From assembly GCA_963809035.1 (NCBI GenBank), contig CAWEHV010000002.1, forward strand, positions 1,716,701-1,780,700: a stretch of 64,000 bases of DNA, written 5' to 3'. The stretch is from an uncultured Thermoplasmata archaeon (GTDB lineage Archaea > Thermoplasmatota > Thermoplasmata > Lutacidiplasmatales > UBA184). The position numbers and the translations under genes were made by a program. Under the pieces are notes generated by a model. That model did no database searches. It was not told the DNA's origin and saw only the letters and a list, made by a program, of their open reading frames with translations. Shown here in pieces: positions 29,345 to 38,319 of this stretch (positions within the stretch are counted from its first letter, which is position 1; each line of letters opens with the position of its first letter).

Positions 29345-29971
29345 GTGATACGTGATTCTGTGACAAACTCGCTCAACACTGATCGGTATGAGTTCAATCT
29401 CTCTACATCGGCCAAGATTGCAATTCGGAGATACTCCTACGGTCGATTCGCTGGGTTCGTCATCGCGATTTTCTTGATTTGGCTTGGGTTTTGGCTTTTC
29501 CAAGATATCGCTTCCCAAGGTGTTGACCTTGTGATTGGAGTTACTTGGGTGGTTGCCGGCTATACTCTATTCGTTCTCCTACGCAGCAAACCCCCAGTGC
29601 CTCTATGTGCGGTCACACTCCTTCCGGAAGAAGTGAGGCTTCGCTTCGGAGACGGTACCGAGCTCAACCAACAATGGACGGACCCCAAATTTAGGTTGCT
29701 GTTTTGGGATTTCTCAATAGATTCCGATTCATCTAGGGGAGAAGCTCACTCCGTCCGCATGATTGGCCCAGACGGATGGGAGTGGAACGTCCCCTCGGCG
29801 CTTGCAGATGTCTTGATCCGAGCAGCGAAGACTCACTCGTTGCCCGTCTTGGTCCGCATAGAATTTGTGAGAGTGGGGAGAACCAAGTATTCCGTCATAG
29901 CGACACATATTGGAGACCTGGAGCATATCTCCGAACCCTCGGAAGCATCCCGCAGGCCCCGGTCTGATTGA
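29345..29971 (+). CDS. Hypothetical membrane protein (two N-terminal TM helices plus soluble domain)
   Basis: ORF with plausible start. Hydrophobic helices 'FAGFVIAIFLIWLGFWLF' and 'VIGVTWVVAGYTLFVLL'. No recognisable catalytic motifs. Confidence 0.4.
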   Translation: MIRDSVTNSLNTDRYEFNLSTSAKIAIRRYSYGRFAGFVIAIFLIWLGFWLFQDIASQGVDLVIGVTWVVAGYTLFVLLRSKPPVPLCAVTLLPEEVRLRFGDGTELNQQWTDPKFRLLFWDFSIDSDSSRGEAHSVRMIGPDGWEWNVPSALADVLIRAAKTHSLPVLVRIEFVRVGRTKYSVIATHIGDLEHISEPSEASRRPRSD

Positions 29972-30189
29972 GAGTGCTATGAGGGGTCTTCCACTGCGGC
30001 ATGTACCACCCAGCAATTGGAAGGTACGGTAATCCCATTGGGGCAAATCGAAACAACCCAATCGGACAGTGGCCCGCTTCGTGCGCCACAGGTGGTGCTC
30101 GGAATTAGTCCGGGCAGCTTTTTGGCAGGTCCGAACCCATGGACCGAAAAATCCGACTTGGCCCAGAAACCTTGGGATTTGGACCCTCG

Positions 30190-30265
30190 GGGGTGGCAAA
30201 TCCCCCCGGTGGTTCGAGTCTGCCGGCGTCCACACCCCCCGGGGGTTCAAATCCGCTAGTTTTGC
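30190..30265 (+). other. tRNA-like dispersed repeat pair (GGTTCGAGTC followed by GGCGTCCACACCCCCCGGGGGTTCAAATCC)
   Basis: Same conserved core as 8575 and 16919, preceded by a G6/C6 hairpin. Located at the right border of the low-GC island. Confidence 0.3.
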
Positions 30266-30731
30266 CATGCACATGCGGTATCGGTAGAGCAGCATGAATC
30301 CACCGACGATTGTGGCCAAGGGCTAGCTCACGGCCCGTCATCGGCCGCGGTCGCGCGCACCGAGTCATGGGCAGTCTGCTCAGGCATCGTGCGTGTCCGG
30401 CGCCGAGACGGTTCTCGTAACATCGCCTGGATCGTTTCGCACCAAGATCGCATCGGTAACTGTTAGCAGGTGGCACCGACGGGCGCCCCGGCTCGAGGTG
30501 ATCTCTAGGCCTCGGGGCTGAGAGTTGAGGCCGCTTCTTATGCCCGTTCCTTGAGGGTCCCGAGCAGACCCTCTGGAGGCCCGTGCGGGCTGGGTGCCGC
30601 TCTGTCTCCAAACCAAAGCAGATTCCCGAAATCCGGACAAGCTTAACTGGTCGATTTGGCCGCGGCGAACTATGGCCGCACCCACCTATCGAGCACATTC
30701 TATTTGAGCCGCAGGTGCTAGTGAATCTGTC

Positions 30732-31619
30732 TTGACGCTCGGACGTGAATTCGAGCCCGAAGCGGATGGTACGATCCAAGCGTTCGAGTATCTTCTCAGT
30801 GAGCTGGAGGGACACCTGGGCAAGCCGGTCGAGTTCCGCGAGAGCGCGGATGCGCTTCTCTGGACCTCTACCCTGAGGACCTTGGTTAAGATGTTCACCG
30901 AACTATTAGAGGGACTCGCCGCAACCGACAGAAGTGAGGGGCCCGCGAAGATTCTGCTCGAATCACTCGCTGTTACACTTACGGACCTCCAACGGAGCTT
31001 GGACTGGGAGAATCTCGCAAGGTCCCCTGAACCCGAGTTTGGGAGCACTGTGGAGAATCCAGAGGATAACATCCGTCGATGGCTGGAGGCGGGATACTGG
31101 CGGCCCCTGCGCCAAGCCGTTGCAAGGAGTCAACCCCTCATTGAGATCGCGGTTCGACGGTTGCGGAGGGTTCGTCCACTCATAGGTCCTTTAGCTGAAC
31201 TCAGAGACGAGGATAATCGCTTCGCATCGCATCAGACCAATCTTCGAACCCGGCTTGAGGATTTGACTGACGCGGAACGGAGGGCATTCAAGGTGAGGGT
31301 GGCCGTCGGCTCGCTTACCCTCGTCGGAATCGCGGGAGGCGTACTTCCGCTCGCGCTGCTGATTATTGGGGGAGCCGAGGCTCAAGGGCTGATCAGCTCC
31401 GAATCCGCGTTGTTGCTGGGTTGGTTTCTCGCCCCTGCACTCGCGCTTATCGCTGCGTTCCTTGCGGCCGGAGGGTGGCTCGCCGCTGCTCGCGAAGTAG
31501 CTCAGGCACAGGTTTCGAAGCACGCTAGGATTCGCGATGAGTGGTCGACCGCCCTGACACATGCTCTGGCCGAAGTCTTCATCTCGCAAGCGGACAGTCG
31601 GAGGCTTCGCACCGGATGA
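30732..31619 (+). CDS. Hypothetical protein with C-terminal TM helices
   Basis: 295-aa ORF. Stop overlaps the next start (ATGA at 31616-31619), suggesting co-transcription. Confidence 0.4.
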   Translation: MTLGREFEPEADGTIQAFEYLLSELEGHLGKPVEFRESADALLWTSTLRTLVKMFTELLEGLAATDRSEGPAKILLESLAVTLTDLQRSLDWENLARSPEPEFGSTVENPEDNIRRWLEAGYWRPLRQAVARSQPLIEIAVRRLRRVRPLIGPLAELRDEDNRFASHQTNLRTRLEDLTDAERRAFKVRVAVGSLTLVGIAGGVLPLALLIIGGAEAQGLISSESALLLGWFLAPALALIAAFLAAGGWLAAAREVAQAQVSKHARIRDEWSTALTHALAEVFISQADSRRLRTG

Positions 31620-31930
31620 CGGTTCAAGAGGTCGAGATTGCCGTGTTCAGCACGGCTGTAACGCTTGCGGGACTGGGCGGACCGCTCCTGTCGTTCTACC
31701 TGCCTAACCGTAGCTCCCCCGACTACGGGGAACGTACGAAGGGTATGCTCGCCCTGCTACTTTGGACATGTTGGCTTCTGGCCTCGGCTTTCGTGTGCCT
31801 CTGGTCTGTTTGGTCGGGCGACGGCGCTCTGTACGGATTCGGTCCGGTCATGTTTGGTGTCGGCGCTGTTTGGCTTGTTTATCTACTGGTCTTGGCGAGC
31901 AGCTCCCGACCCGGTCCTGTAAGTCCATAG
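31616..31930 (+). CDS. Small polytopic membrane protein (about 3 TM)
   Basis: ATG at 31616 overlapping the upstream stop. Hydrophobic helices 'AVFSTAVTLAGLGGPLL', 'MLALLLWTCWLLASAFVCLW', 'VMFGVGAVWLVYLLVLA'. Confidence 0.4.
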   Translation: MTVQEVEIAVFSTAVTLAGLGGPLLSFYLPNRSSPDYGERTKGMLALLLWTCWLLASAFVCLWSVWSGDGALYGFGPVMFGVGAVWLVYLLVLASSSRPGPVSP

Positions 31931-32051
31931 ACCCAAGCCCCAAGACCGAGAACCACAGGGCACTCTGGAACGCATGTTTCGGTGGGGCCTATGCGAGCGC
32001 CCCCTGTCGGAGCGGGCGAACTCGCAGCACCCCTCATCGGCGCCGTCCGAA

Positions 32052-32375
32052 CTACCCTATGTGGACGGCGCATCCTGCCACTTCGCGCATCTCTGCGACG
32101 TACGGGACGCTGTAGTGCCTCTGGATTGTGCGAGGCGAATCGCCAGTCAGTTCGGCGACCTCTTCCGGCTTCCAGCCGCGCGCCTGCGCAATTTTGACAG
32201 TCGTCGCTCTCAACGTGTGAAACAGCTTTGGCGGTAGCCCTGCCGCCTTGAGCGAACGCTGAAGGACGTCATACGCCGCGCGACCGCTTAGGTGGCCATG
32301 GATCCCCTGCCAGGCCGGGAACCCCCAGCGCCTACCCCGTGGGAGGTCGCGAAGGTACGCTCGCAAGTCCACCAC
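32052..32375 (-). pseudogene. Tyrosine integrase C-terminal catalytic fragment (int(C)-like remnant)
   Basis: 'HTLRATTVKIAQARGW...TIQRHYS' is the HxxR...Y catalytic end of a tyrosine recombinase. No N-terminal domain. Sits 25 nt from the tRNA-like segment 32400-32490. Confidence 0.6.
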
Positions 32376-32399
32376 GACGCGCCCATGGATTCGGACGTG

Positions 32400-32490
32400 A
32401 GGTATCCACTCCCCGGCGGTTCAAAATCCTCAGAGTAGTGGATACGGACGGATTTGGCGGCACACGGGTTCAAATCCAGCGCGTTGGAGC
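32400..32490 (+). other. tRNA-like segment (…GGTTCAAAATCC… / …GGGTTCAAATCCAGCGCGTTGGAGCACCA) adjacent to the integrase fragment
   Basis: Two T-arm-like motifs. 8-bp stem gtatccac/gtggatac. Ends in GCACCA. Confidence 0.3.
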
Positions 32491-32764
32491 ACCACCAGCT
32501 CCGTTCAGCCCCCCTGCGCTTTGTGATCTGTTCCTAAAAGGGCCTGAAGGTCGGTGGTTGCCCCTGACGTCGGGGGTCGACCGCGAGGGCCAATTCAACT
32601 TCGGCCCTGGCCCGGCGTAGACGACAGAGAAAGCGAGCTAGCAACCTCAAGAAGGGGATGGGAGCCAAAAGGACACGTACACGCGGTCTGTTCCCGGAGG
32701 TTGAGAGCCTTCCTTGAACCAAGAAGCTAACCGGACTTGCTCGGGGTCCGAAAATCACACTTCA

Positions 32765-34114
32765 CTATGTGAGGGGATGCCCAGAAGCCACGGAATGCCT
32801 GACGGCCCCTTCCATCTGACCTATCTTGCTGTAGGCCTCTAACGGCCTAAGAACGGTAATCCCGGTTCCAGTGTAAGCCTCCTCGATTGCTGCGCCATAC
32901 TCTCGTCCACCCAGTACCACGACCCGGGCGAACTTGTGGAAACCCTCCCGAAGGAGCTGTCCTCGAATTCGGATAGTGCTGACTGCGCTGCTCCGTCGTC
33001 TAAAAGTCGCATCGTAGTTATCGTGAATCAAGAAACCGGGTCTGACGAGGCCATGTTTTGCAGACAGTATGGCCCATGCGTCGCCGAATTCCTCCGCATA
33101 GGTTCGATTCGCAAAGAAGAAGCGTCCGATGTAAGCATTCTTGGCAGCTGCAGGGCCAGCGTCGGTCCTCTCATCCCAAATCTTCCGCGACCCGCAACTA
33201 ACTATGACTAATGTCCTTCCTTGAGGTCTAGCGCGTTCGATTTCGGATTTCGCGCCGTTGAGATAGAGCGGTCCCGTGAAGATTTGATCACTCAAGAAGT
33301 TACGAACCTGGGCGTACCGCGACCTCCGGGCCAAGTGAACGGAAGCCCGCGTACGCGGCTTGTAATTGAATATCCAGCCCTTGTAATCGCTGCCGAACAA
33401 ACCGAGCTGCTGGAATCGGAGATGACGAGAGGGATGATAGCATCCAAGCGCAAACAGCCAATCGTCGGGGTGAGACGCGCGAATCCGGTCAAGAACATTG
33501 TAGAGTACTCCTTTTCCCCGCACGTGAACATAGTGCGAGGTGTTCCTGCGGCGCTTCAGCAATCCTCCTATTGCAACATGCTGATACCCCATCCTTCGAA
33601 GCCGTTCGTAACAGCGCAAGTATTCAGGGACTGATCTGCCTTGTGCGACGGCCACAAGGGTAAACTTCCGAGGTCGCTTCTCATACGCCCGCAAGCCGAT
33701 GCGCGCGCTTCTCACGGTGAGGTCCGCTGCGCGAAGCCGATCTATGATGATTCCGAAGTCGACACCCATTCTCTCGTACCGGCTGAAGAGCTCGGAATAA
33801 TCAAGGGTGCATCCATCCTTTGTAAAAACCCCCGAATCGCAAATCTTCGTTACCCCTCGACGGCGTAGCTGTCGGCATTGCTCATCATGGCCGTTGCCGC
33901 AATAGGATTCACCGCATGGGAAATCAGCGAGGAGTTGTTGGAAATGGAACGAAGTGTTCGCATGAGACATGATGCCCAGTGGACCTTCGTAATCACCGAA
34001 TCGGATTCCTCGTAAGATGCGCAATGAAGCCGGACGATCAGCTACAAAGAAGGGGGTAAAAGTCGAAAGGGCGGCAGTTCCAGAGGCTGCCCGGATGGCT
34101 GCCCGGGAAATCAA
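32765..34114 (-). CDS. TGT-fold (archaeosine/queuine tRNA-guanine transglycosylase-like, DpdA-like) protein lacking the Zn subdomain, fused to a C-terminal ~130-aa domain of unknown function
   Basis: Motifs in the ArcTGT order: 'ICDSGVFT' (cf. DSGSFQ), 'GVDFGIIID' (cf. GVDIGTFLD), 'VAIGGLL' (cf. IGGVVP), 'LFALGCYHP' (cf. LFGAGHP). No CxCxxC...H zinc motif. Last gene of the operon. Confidence 0.6.
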   Translation of the reverse strand: MISRAAIRAASGTAALSTFTPFFVADRPASLRILRGIRFGDYEGPLGIMSHANTSFHFQQLLADFPCGESYCGNGHDEQCRQLRRRGVTKICDSGVFTKDGCTLDYSELFSRYERMGVDFGIIIDRLRAADLTVRSARIGLRAYEKRPRKFTLVAVAQGRSVPEYLRCYERLRRMGYQHVAIGGLLKRRRNTSHYVHVRGKGVLYNVLDRIRASHPDDWLFALGCYHPSRHLRFQQLGLFGSDYKGWIFNYKPRTRASVHLARRSRYAQVRNFLSDQIFTGPLYLNGAKSEIERARPQGRTLVIVSCGSRKIWDERTDAGPAAAKNAYIGRFFFANRTYAEEFGDAWAILSAKHGLVRPGFLIHDNYDATFRRRSSAVSTIRIRGQLLREGFHKFARVVVLGGREYGAAIEEAYTGTGITVLRPLEAYSKIGQMEGAVRHSVASGHPLT

Positions 34115-35004
34115 CTCGAGCCTCCGCGAAGGGCGTCGAGCTCAAGGGGGTCGACCGGTAGCCCTCGGCGCGCATAGCATTGAACGAGATCAGACAACAT
34201 CTTGGCATGGGGTCCATCCAAGAGAACTCCCGCCTCTCCAGTCGCTCCAAACGAATGGTTTCTGAACTCTCCGCTACCAACATAGGCCCATTTTCGGTCT
34301 TGGACGATAATTTTGTGATGAACCGAAGCCGCGATGGCGCCTCTCGCTCGCAGATTCTCCGCCGGAGGAGGCACAAAACGGAGATAGTCCCTTATCTCAA
34401 AATGAGTGGGGTCGTCCGGGTTGTTCCGCTTGTAAGAGTCCCACAGGTTCTGGAGAGCGTCAATACGCTCTTCGTACTGGCGCGGTCGAGTCGAATCCTC
34501 CCTCACGAGGATTCCTCTTCCCACAAGCGTGAACTCGATATGGCGAGCAAATGACTTTTCAAAATCGTCGCTGAAACGTGAGAGCGCGCGGGAATCGATG
34601 AACGGGGAGATGATTTGGAGCTGTTCCTGAGCGCCACCAACCAGTGCCGAGAATACGGCCTCGAGGTTCGCATGTTCTACCGCGGGATGCAGATTGCACG
34701 CTTTGTGGGCATCAGCCATGATGTCGATTGGATCATTGTGAATCACCGTTACCTTTCCCGCGTGTCTGGCCCAGTCGATGCGAGGCCGAGCAACGCGGTA
34801 GGCCCGACCCGGTGATTGAATGAGCTCCAGGTCGCCCTGTCGAACTAGGCGTTCGAGGGCCAGTTCAATCTCAGGCATCGGAATGTCGTCCAACTCGTCA
34901 ATAATCTCTCTGGGCCCCCCTACGCCTAGCCTTTGAAGGAGGGACGAAATCTGCAGGTCAATTTGGTCACTGCTGGTCATTCTGTTGAATCCAGTCGACC
35001 GCAA
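34111..35004 (-). CDS. Phospholipase D-family (HKD) nuclease, DrmC/DpdK-like
   Basis: Single HKD motif 'HHKIIVQD...GSGEFRN'. 4-nt overlap with the downstream gene and 38-nt overlap with the upstream gene. Confidence 0.7.
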   Translation of the reverse strand: MRSTGFNRMTSSDQIDLQISSLLQRLGVGGPREIIDELDDIPMPEIELALERLVRQGDLELIQSPGRAYRVARPRIDWARHAGKVTVIHNDPIDIMADAHKACNLHPAVEHANLEAVFSALVGGAQEQLQIISPFIDSRALSRFSDDFEKSFARHIEFTLVGRGILVREDSTRPRQYEERIDALQNLWDSYKRNNPDDPTHFEIRDYLRFVPPPAENLRARGAIAASVHHKIIVQDRKWAYVGSGEFRNHSFGATGEAGVLLDGPHAKMLSDLVQCYARRGLPVDPLELDALRGGSS

Positions 35005-36697
35005 TCGTTCTGTCTAAGAGGAGGTTCGGGGGCATCCAGCGGTTGTACTCCCGAGTCAAGAACCCGTGGCAAGACGTGTTGTCCGTCTTGATGCAGGCGA
35101 TGCAAGAGGAGTCGCAAAGCTGCGGACACTCCTGGATTCGTCGAATTCCTCGCACGAGCCAACTGGTCATCTGGCCGGAATGCTGAGAGAGCTGGGTGAT
35201 TCCACCGTCGGCCAGATCCCGTGTTTCGAAAAAGAGAATCGCGGCATCTGCCACGAGCATCCGGGAATCGAAATCCTCGAGGCCGATTTCTGTAACGAGT
35301 GAGGAGCGGAGGGCGTGCTCTATAGCATGAAGCAGCTTGGTCATTACGAACACGTTTTTCTCACCGTCAGCGGTCAGGAGATCCTGCAATCCCAACCTTG
35401 CAACGTTCTCCGACTCCGCCATGAACCGCCTCTCGTAATCCTGACCCTCCCCGTTACCGCCCGATAGAAGCCTCGCTAGCTTCGTCTTGTTGAGGCCGAT
35501 AATCAATCCACGACCTTCGGTGATCGTGGCAAAGGCACGGAATCGCTGGACCCCCGGCTGTACTTGGAAGAAGCGTGGGTAACGCTCGTCGTCAGGGACC
35601 GGCGGCTTGGGTCTGATTTCCGACCGGTACCCATAGACAGCTAGAAGAGATTGAATCTGTGGTACATCGAAAATTTCGGTTGCGCCAAGCCTACGGAGCC
35701 ATTTTGCGGCGCTAGGTTCAACCGTAGACATCGTGAACGAGTGCATCGTGTCTCTGTGCTGAGTCTTCAGACTCGCGAGTTGAACGTCTCGCCCCTGAGC
35801 GTCTCGGACAAATGTGACTGTCAGAGGTACCGCAATTTCTCCACTCGTAGCGGAGCGAGGAGCCATGATCGACGTCGTTTCTCCAGCGAGTAACTCTTCG
35901 TCAGAAATGTTGCAGATTGAGCAGAGTCGATTGACTCGTTGCGTGTTGATGTTCGACGGACAACTGGTCACCTCGCATCGCCAATGAGCATCACTCAGGT
36001 TCGCCCCGATGTCCAAGAACAGTCCATGGCCAGAGGTGCAGTGGATCCAGCCGGTGGCAAGTTTCCTTGAGAATGTGTTGTACGGCAGGAGCGGTTCGAT
36101 GTTTGCGCACCTTGGGCAGGAATAGACAACGTTCAGCTGGTGAAGCTCAGAATCTTCCTTGTGAAAAGTGCAACGGAGGCTTTCGGCGCCGTTTGGGTCG
36201 AGGTTGTAGTACCGATGGCATGAGTCACAAAGGAACAATGTAGGAAATATTGCACCCTGGACTTCGCTATTCTCATCTATCAACCGGAGGTCGACAGACT
36301 CTGGACCCATAACTCGTTCGTGGGCCCCTTCAACCCGTTGCCCGTCCGCCGAAACTTCGGTTCCCTTAGTCGCTCCTAGGCTGGCCAAGAACGCATTTGC
36401 GGCCACCTGGTCGGCCACCAGGCCGGCCGCCACATTCTGAACCGGCAAGATCCGCAACGATCGGTCACGTTCTTCTCGGCGCACGGCGCGTGCTATGCGC
36501 GCACGCGCCTCGCGATCGACCTTGCGTGCGTAGTCGACGCTGATTAGTCGCGCGATAGTCGTTTTAACAGTTTCGTATTCATCGCCAAGCGGCCGCCCGG
36601 TGAGTCGCACAGTTCGTAGTGTCGCATATTCGGTGCTCCAGGGTCTGTCAGGAAAGTACCGGAATAGGGCTTGGTACTTGCTTACCTTCCGCGTCAA
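34967..36697 (-). CDS. Cys-rich protein with C-terminal zinc-ribbon, DUF1998/DrmB-like by position and Cys pattern
   Basis: 576 aa. Multiple CxxC/CxxxC clusters, including C-terminal 'CPQLCDSSCIACIKTDNTSC'. Start overlaps the helicase stop (ATGA). Confidence 0.4.
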   Translation of the reverse strand: MTRKVSKYQALFRYFPDRPWSTEYATLRTVRLTGRPLGDEYETVKTTIARLISVDYARKVDREARARIARAVRREERDRSLRILPVQNVAAGLVADQVAANAFLASLGATKGTEVSADGQRVEGAHERVMGPESVDLRLIDENSEVQGAIFPTLFLCDSCHRYYNLDPNGAESLRCTFHKEDSELHQLNVVYSCPRCANIEPLLPYNTFSRKLATGWIHCTSGHGLFLDIGANLSDAHWRCEVTSCPSNINTQRVNRLCSICNISDEELLAGETTSIMAPRSATSGEIAVPLTVTFVRDAQGRDVQLASLKTQHRDTMHSFTMSTVEPSAAKWLRRLGATEIFDVPQIQSLLAVYGYRSEIRPKPPVPDDERYPRFFQVQPGVQRFRAFATITEGRGLIIGLNKTKLARLLSGGNGEGQDYERRFMAESENVARLGLQDLLTADGEKNVFVMTKLLHAIEHALRSSLVTEIGLEDFDSRMLVADAAILFFETRDLADGGITQLSQHSGQMTSWLVRGIRRIQECPQLCDSSCIACIKTDNTSCHGFLTREYNRWMPPNLLLDRTIAVDWIQQNDQQ

Positions 36698-38310
36698 GGT
36701 GGGCCGGTCTCCTCCACAGTATCATCGGCGGAATCATCTTCGATTACCGTCTCTTCGTGATGAAATTGCTGTAACTGGCCAGCCAAGGCGTCGACGGGCC
36801 GAACAGAAACGTCGCGCTCTTCAGAGTCCCGTAACGAGAGAAGAAGAAGCTGGTCGGCTGAGAGGATACCGCCGATGTAGTTCCCGGGACCTCCCATCGA
36901 GCTCCACGAGACAATGAGATGGGTGAGCTCATCAAATGCGAGATCTAGGTACTCCCGGTAATCCGGTCCTTCAGTACCGCTCAGGACTTCGGCGAGATCT
37001 CTGAGCACCTGCACCTTCAGAGCAGGGTTCGCCTCCAGTTTCTGGACCGCCTTGGGAGCGGTCATCATGTACCGGTCGTCGTAGGTACTGTGAGCGAATA
37101 AGACCACGCGAAGCACATTCGCGAATATCTGGCGAGCGGCGTATCGATTCGCGCGTCGCATGGGGCGCGGTTCGAAGTAGCCACGCAAATCGCTTAGTAT
37201 GTAGTGAAAGTTCGCGTAGAACTCAATATCACGAGGAAGATCAGGCCGGACGATTACGTGTGCATGTCCTGGCGCTCTTTCGCGTCGCCCAGTTCGCCCA
37301 ATTGTTTGAACGAATTCCGTGATTGATTCGGGGAGGCTCACCATCACGAGTTGGTTTAGGTCCTCGATATCGAGACCCAGGCTAATCACAACATTTGCCA
37401 CGAAACTCTGAAGTGAACCTTTCGATGCACGGGTGAAGTAGTCCACGAGTCTGTCATTGGGAGTATCGCCCGAGATGAACGGTATCGTGTCTCCGCCCCC
37501 GGAAGCACGTCCGGTAGCATCTCTATATTCCCTTACTAGGAGCCGACCCACATCCTTCCGCTGGACGTAGGTGAGGTTGATTCCGTACGGACGGCCTTCT
37601 CCAGTGTAACCCAACTTCGTTTCGAGCTGACGCTGGAACTTGTGATTCTTGAGAATTGCGTCTCTAACGTGCACCATCGTGCGGGTTGCCAAACGAGGAC
37701 TGCTAGTCCCGATCGGCATTGTGACTAGGCTCCTGTACCGCGTTCTACTGGGATCGACCTCGAAGCTCTTCGAGAATTCGACGTCTGCTGGACTCACAAT
37801 TAACTGATGATTCGGGTCGTCTAACCGCGTGAGCTCTGCCAGAAGCTCTGCTTCGTTTGCGATAGTAGCGGTCCCGACCTGGAATCCAAAAAGCTTGGCG
37901 ATTCGACCGCCGGGGGGATCATTAGGTGTCGTGGCACGTCGTTGATAGAGTTGAAGCAAGGCGATGAATGTACTAAGGTAGATTCCTGTCAGTCCATGTA
38001 GGCTGTGGACTTCATCGAAGGTCCAAAACTGAATCGGCCGTCTGGTCTCGGGGCCGAGGTTTTCAGAGTTACACTTGATGCAATGGGTAGCGTAGTTCCA
38101 CCAAACGGGGCTCATGGCCCCACATTCTCCGCAGGGGCGGACCGGGAAACCGAACAAGCGCATCCCAGGAGGTTCGGCACCCGACCGAGCCGTGGCTTCG
38201 AAGAAGAGTTTGTCGGGGGTGGCGATTAGAATCGCGGGTAAGAAATCCGCGGATTCCCCACTGCCATACATATAGTCAATTTTGTGCTCGCACTCAGACC
38301 TGATCTCCAC
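36694..38310 (-). pseudogene. SF2 (DExH) helicase, C-terminal portion (motifs II-VI) of a gene split by IS insertion; DrmA-like
   Basis: 'FWTFDEVHSL' (motif II DEVH) and 'QTIGRTGRRERAPGHAHVI' (motif VI). The N-terminal half, with Walker A, is encoded at 39982-41652 on the same strand on the other side of the IS. Confidence 0.65.
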
Positions 38311-38319
38311 GCCCGTTAG

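Noticed and set aside
30105-30815. 236-aa minus-strand ORF across the tRNA-like region and island border
   Set aside because: Arg/Pro/Gly-rich, no motifs. Overlaps the tRNA-like repeats and the start of the + strand gene at 30732. Judged a GC-driven artefact.
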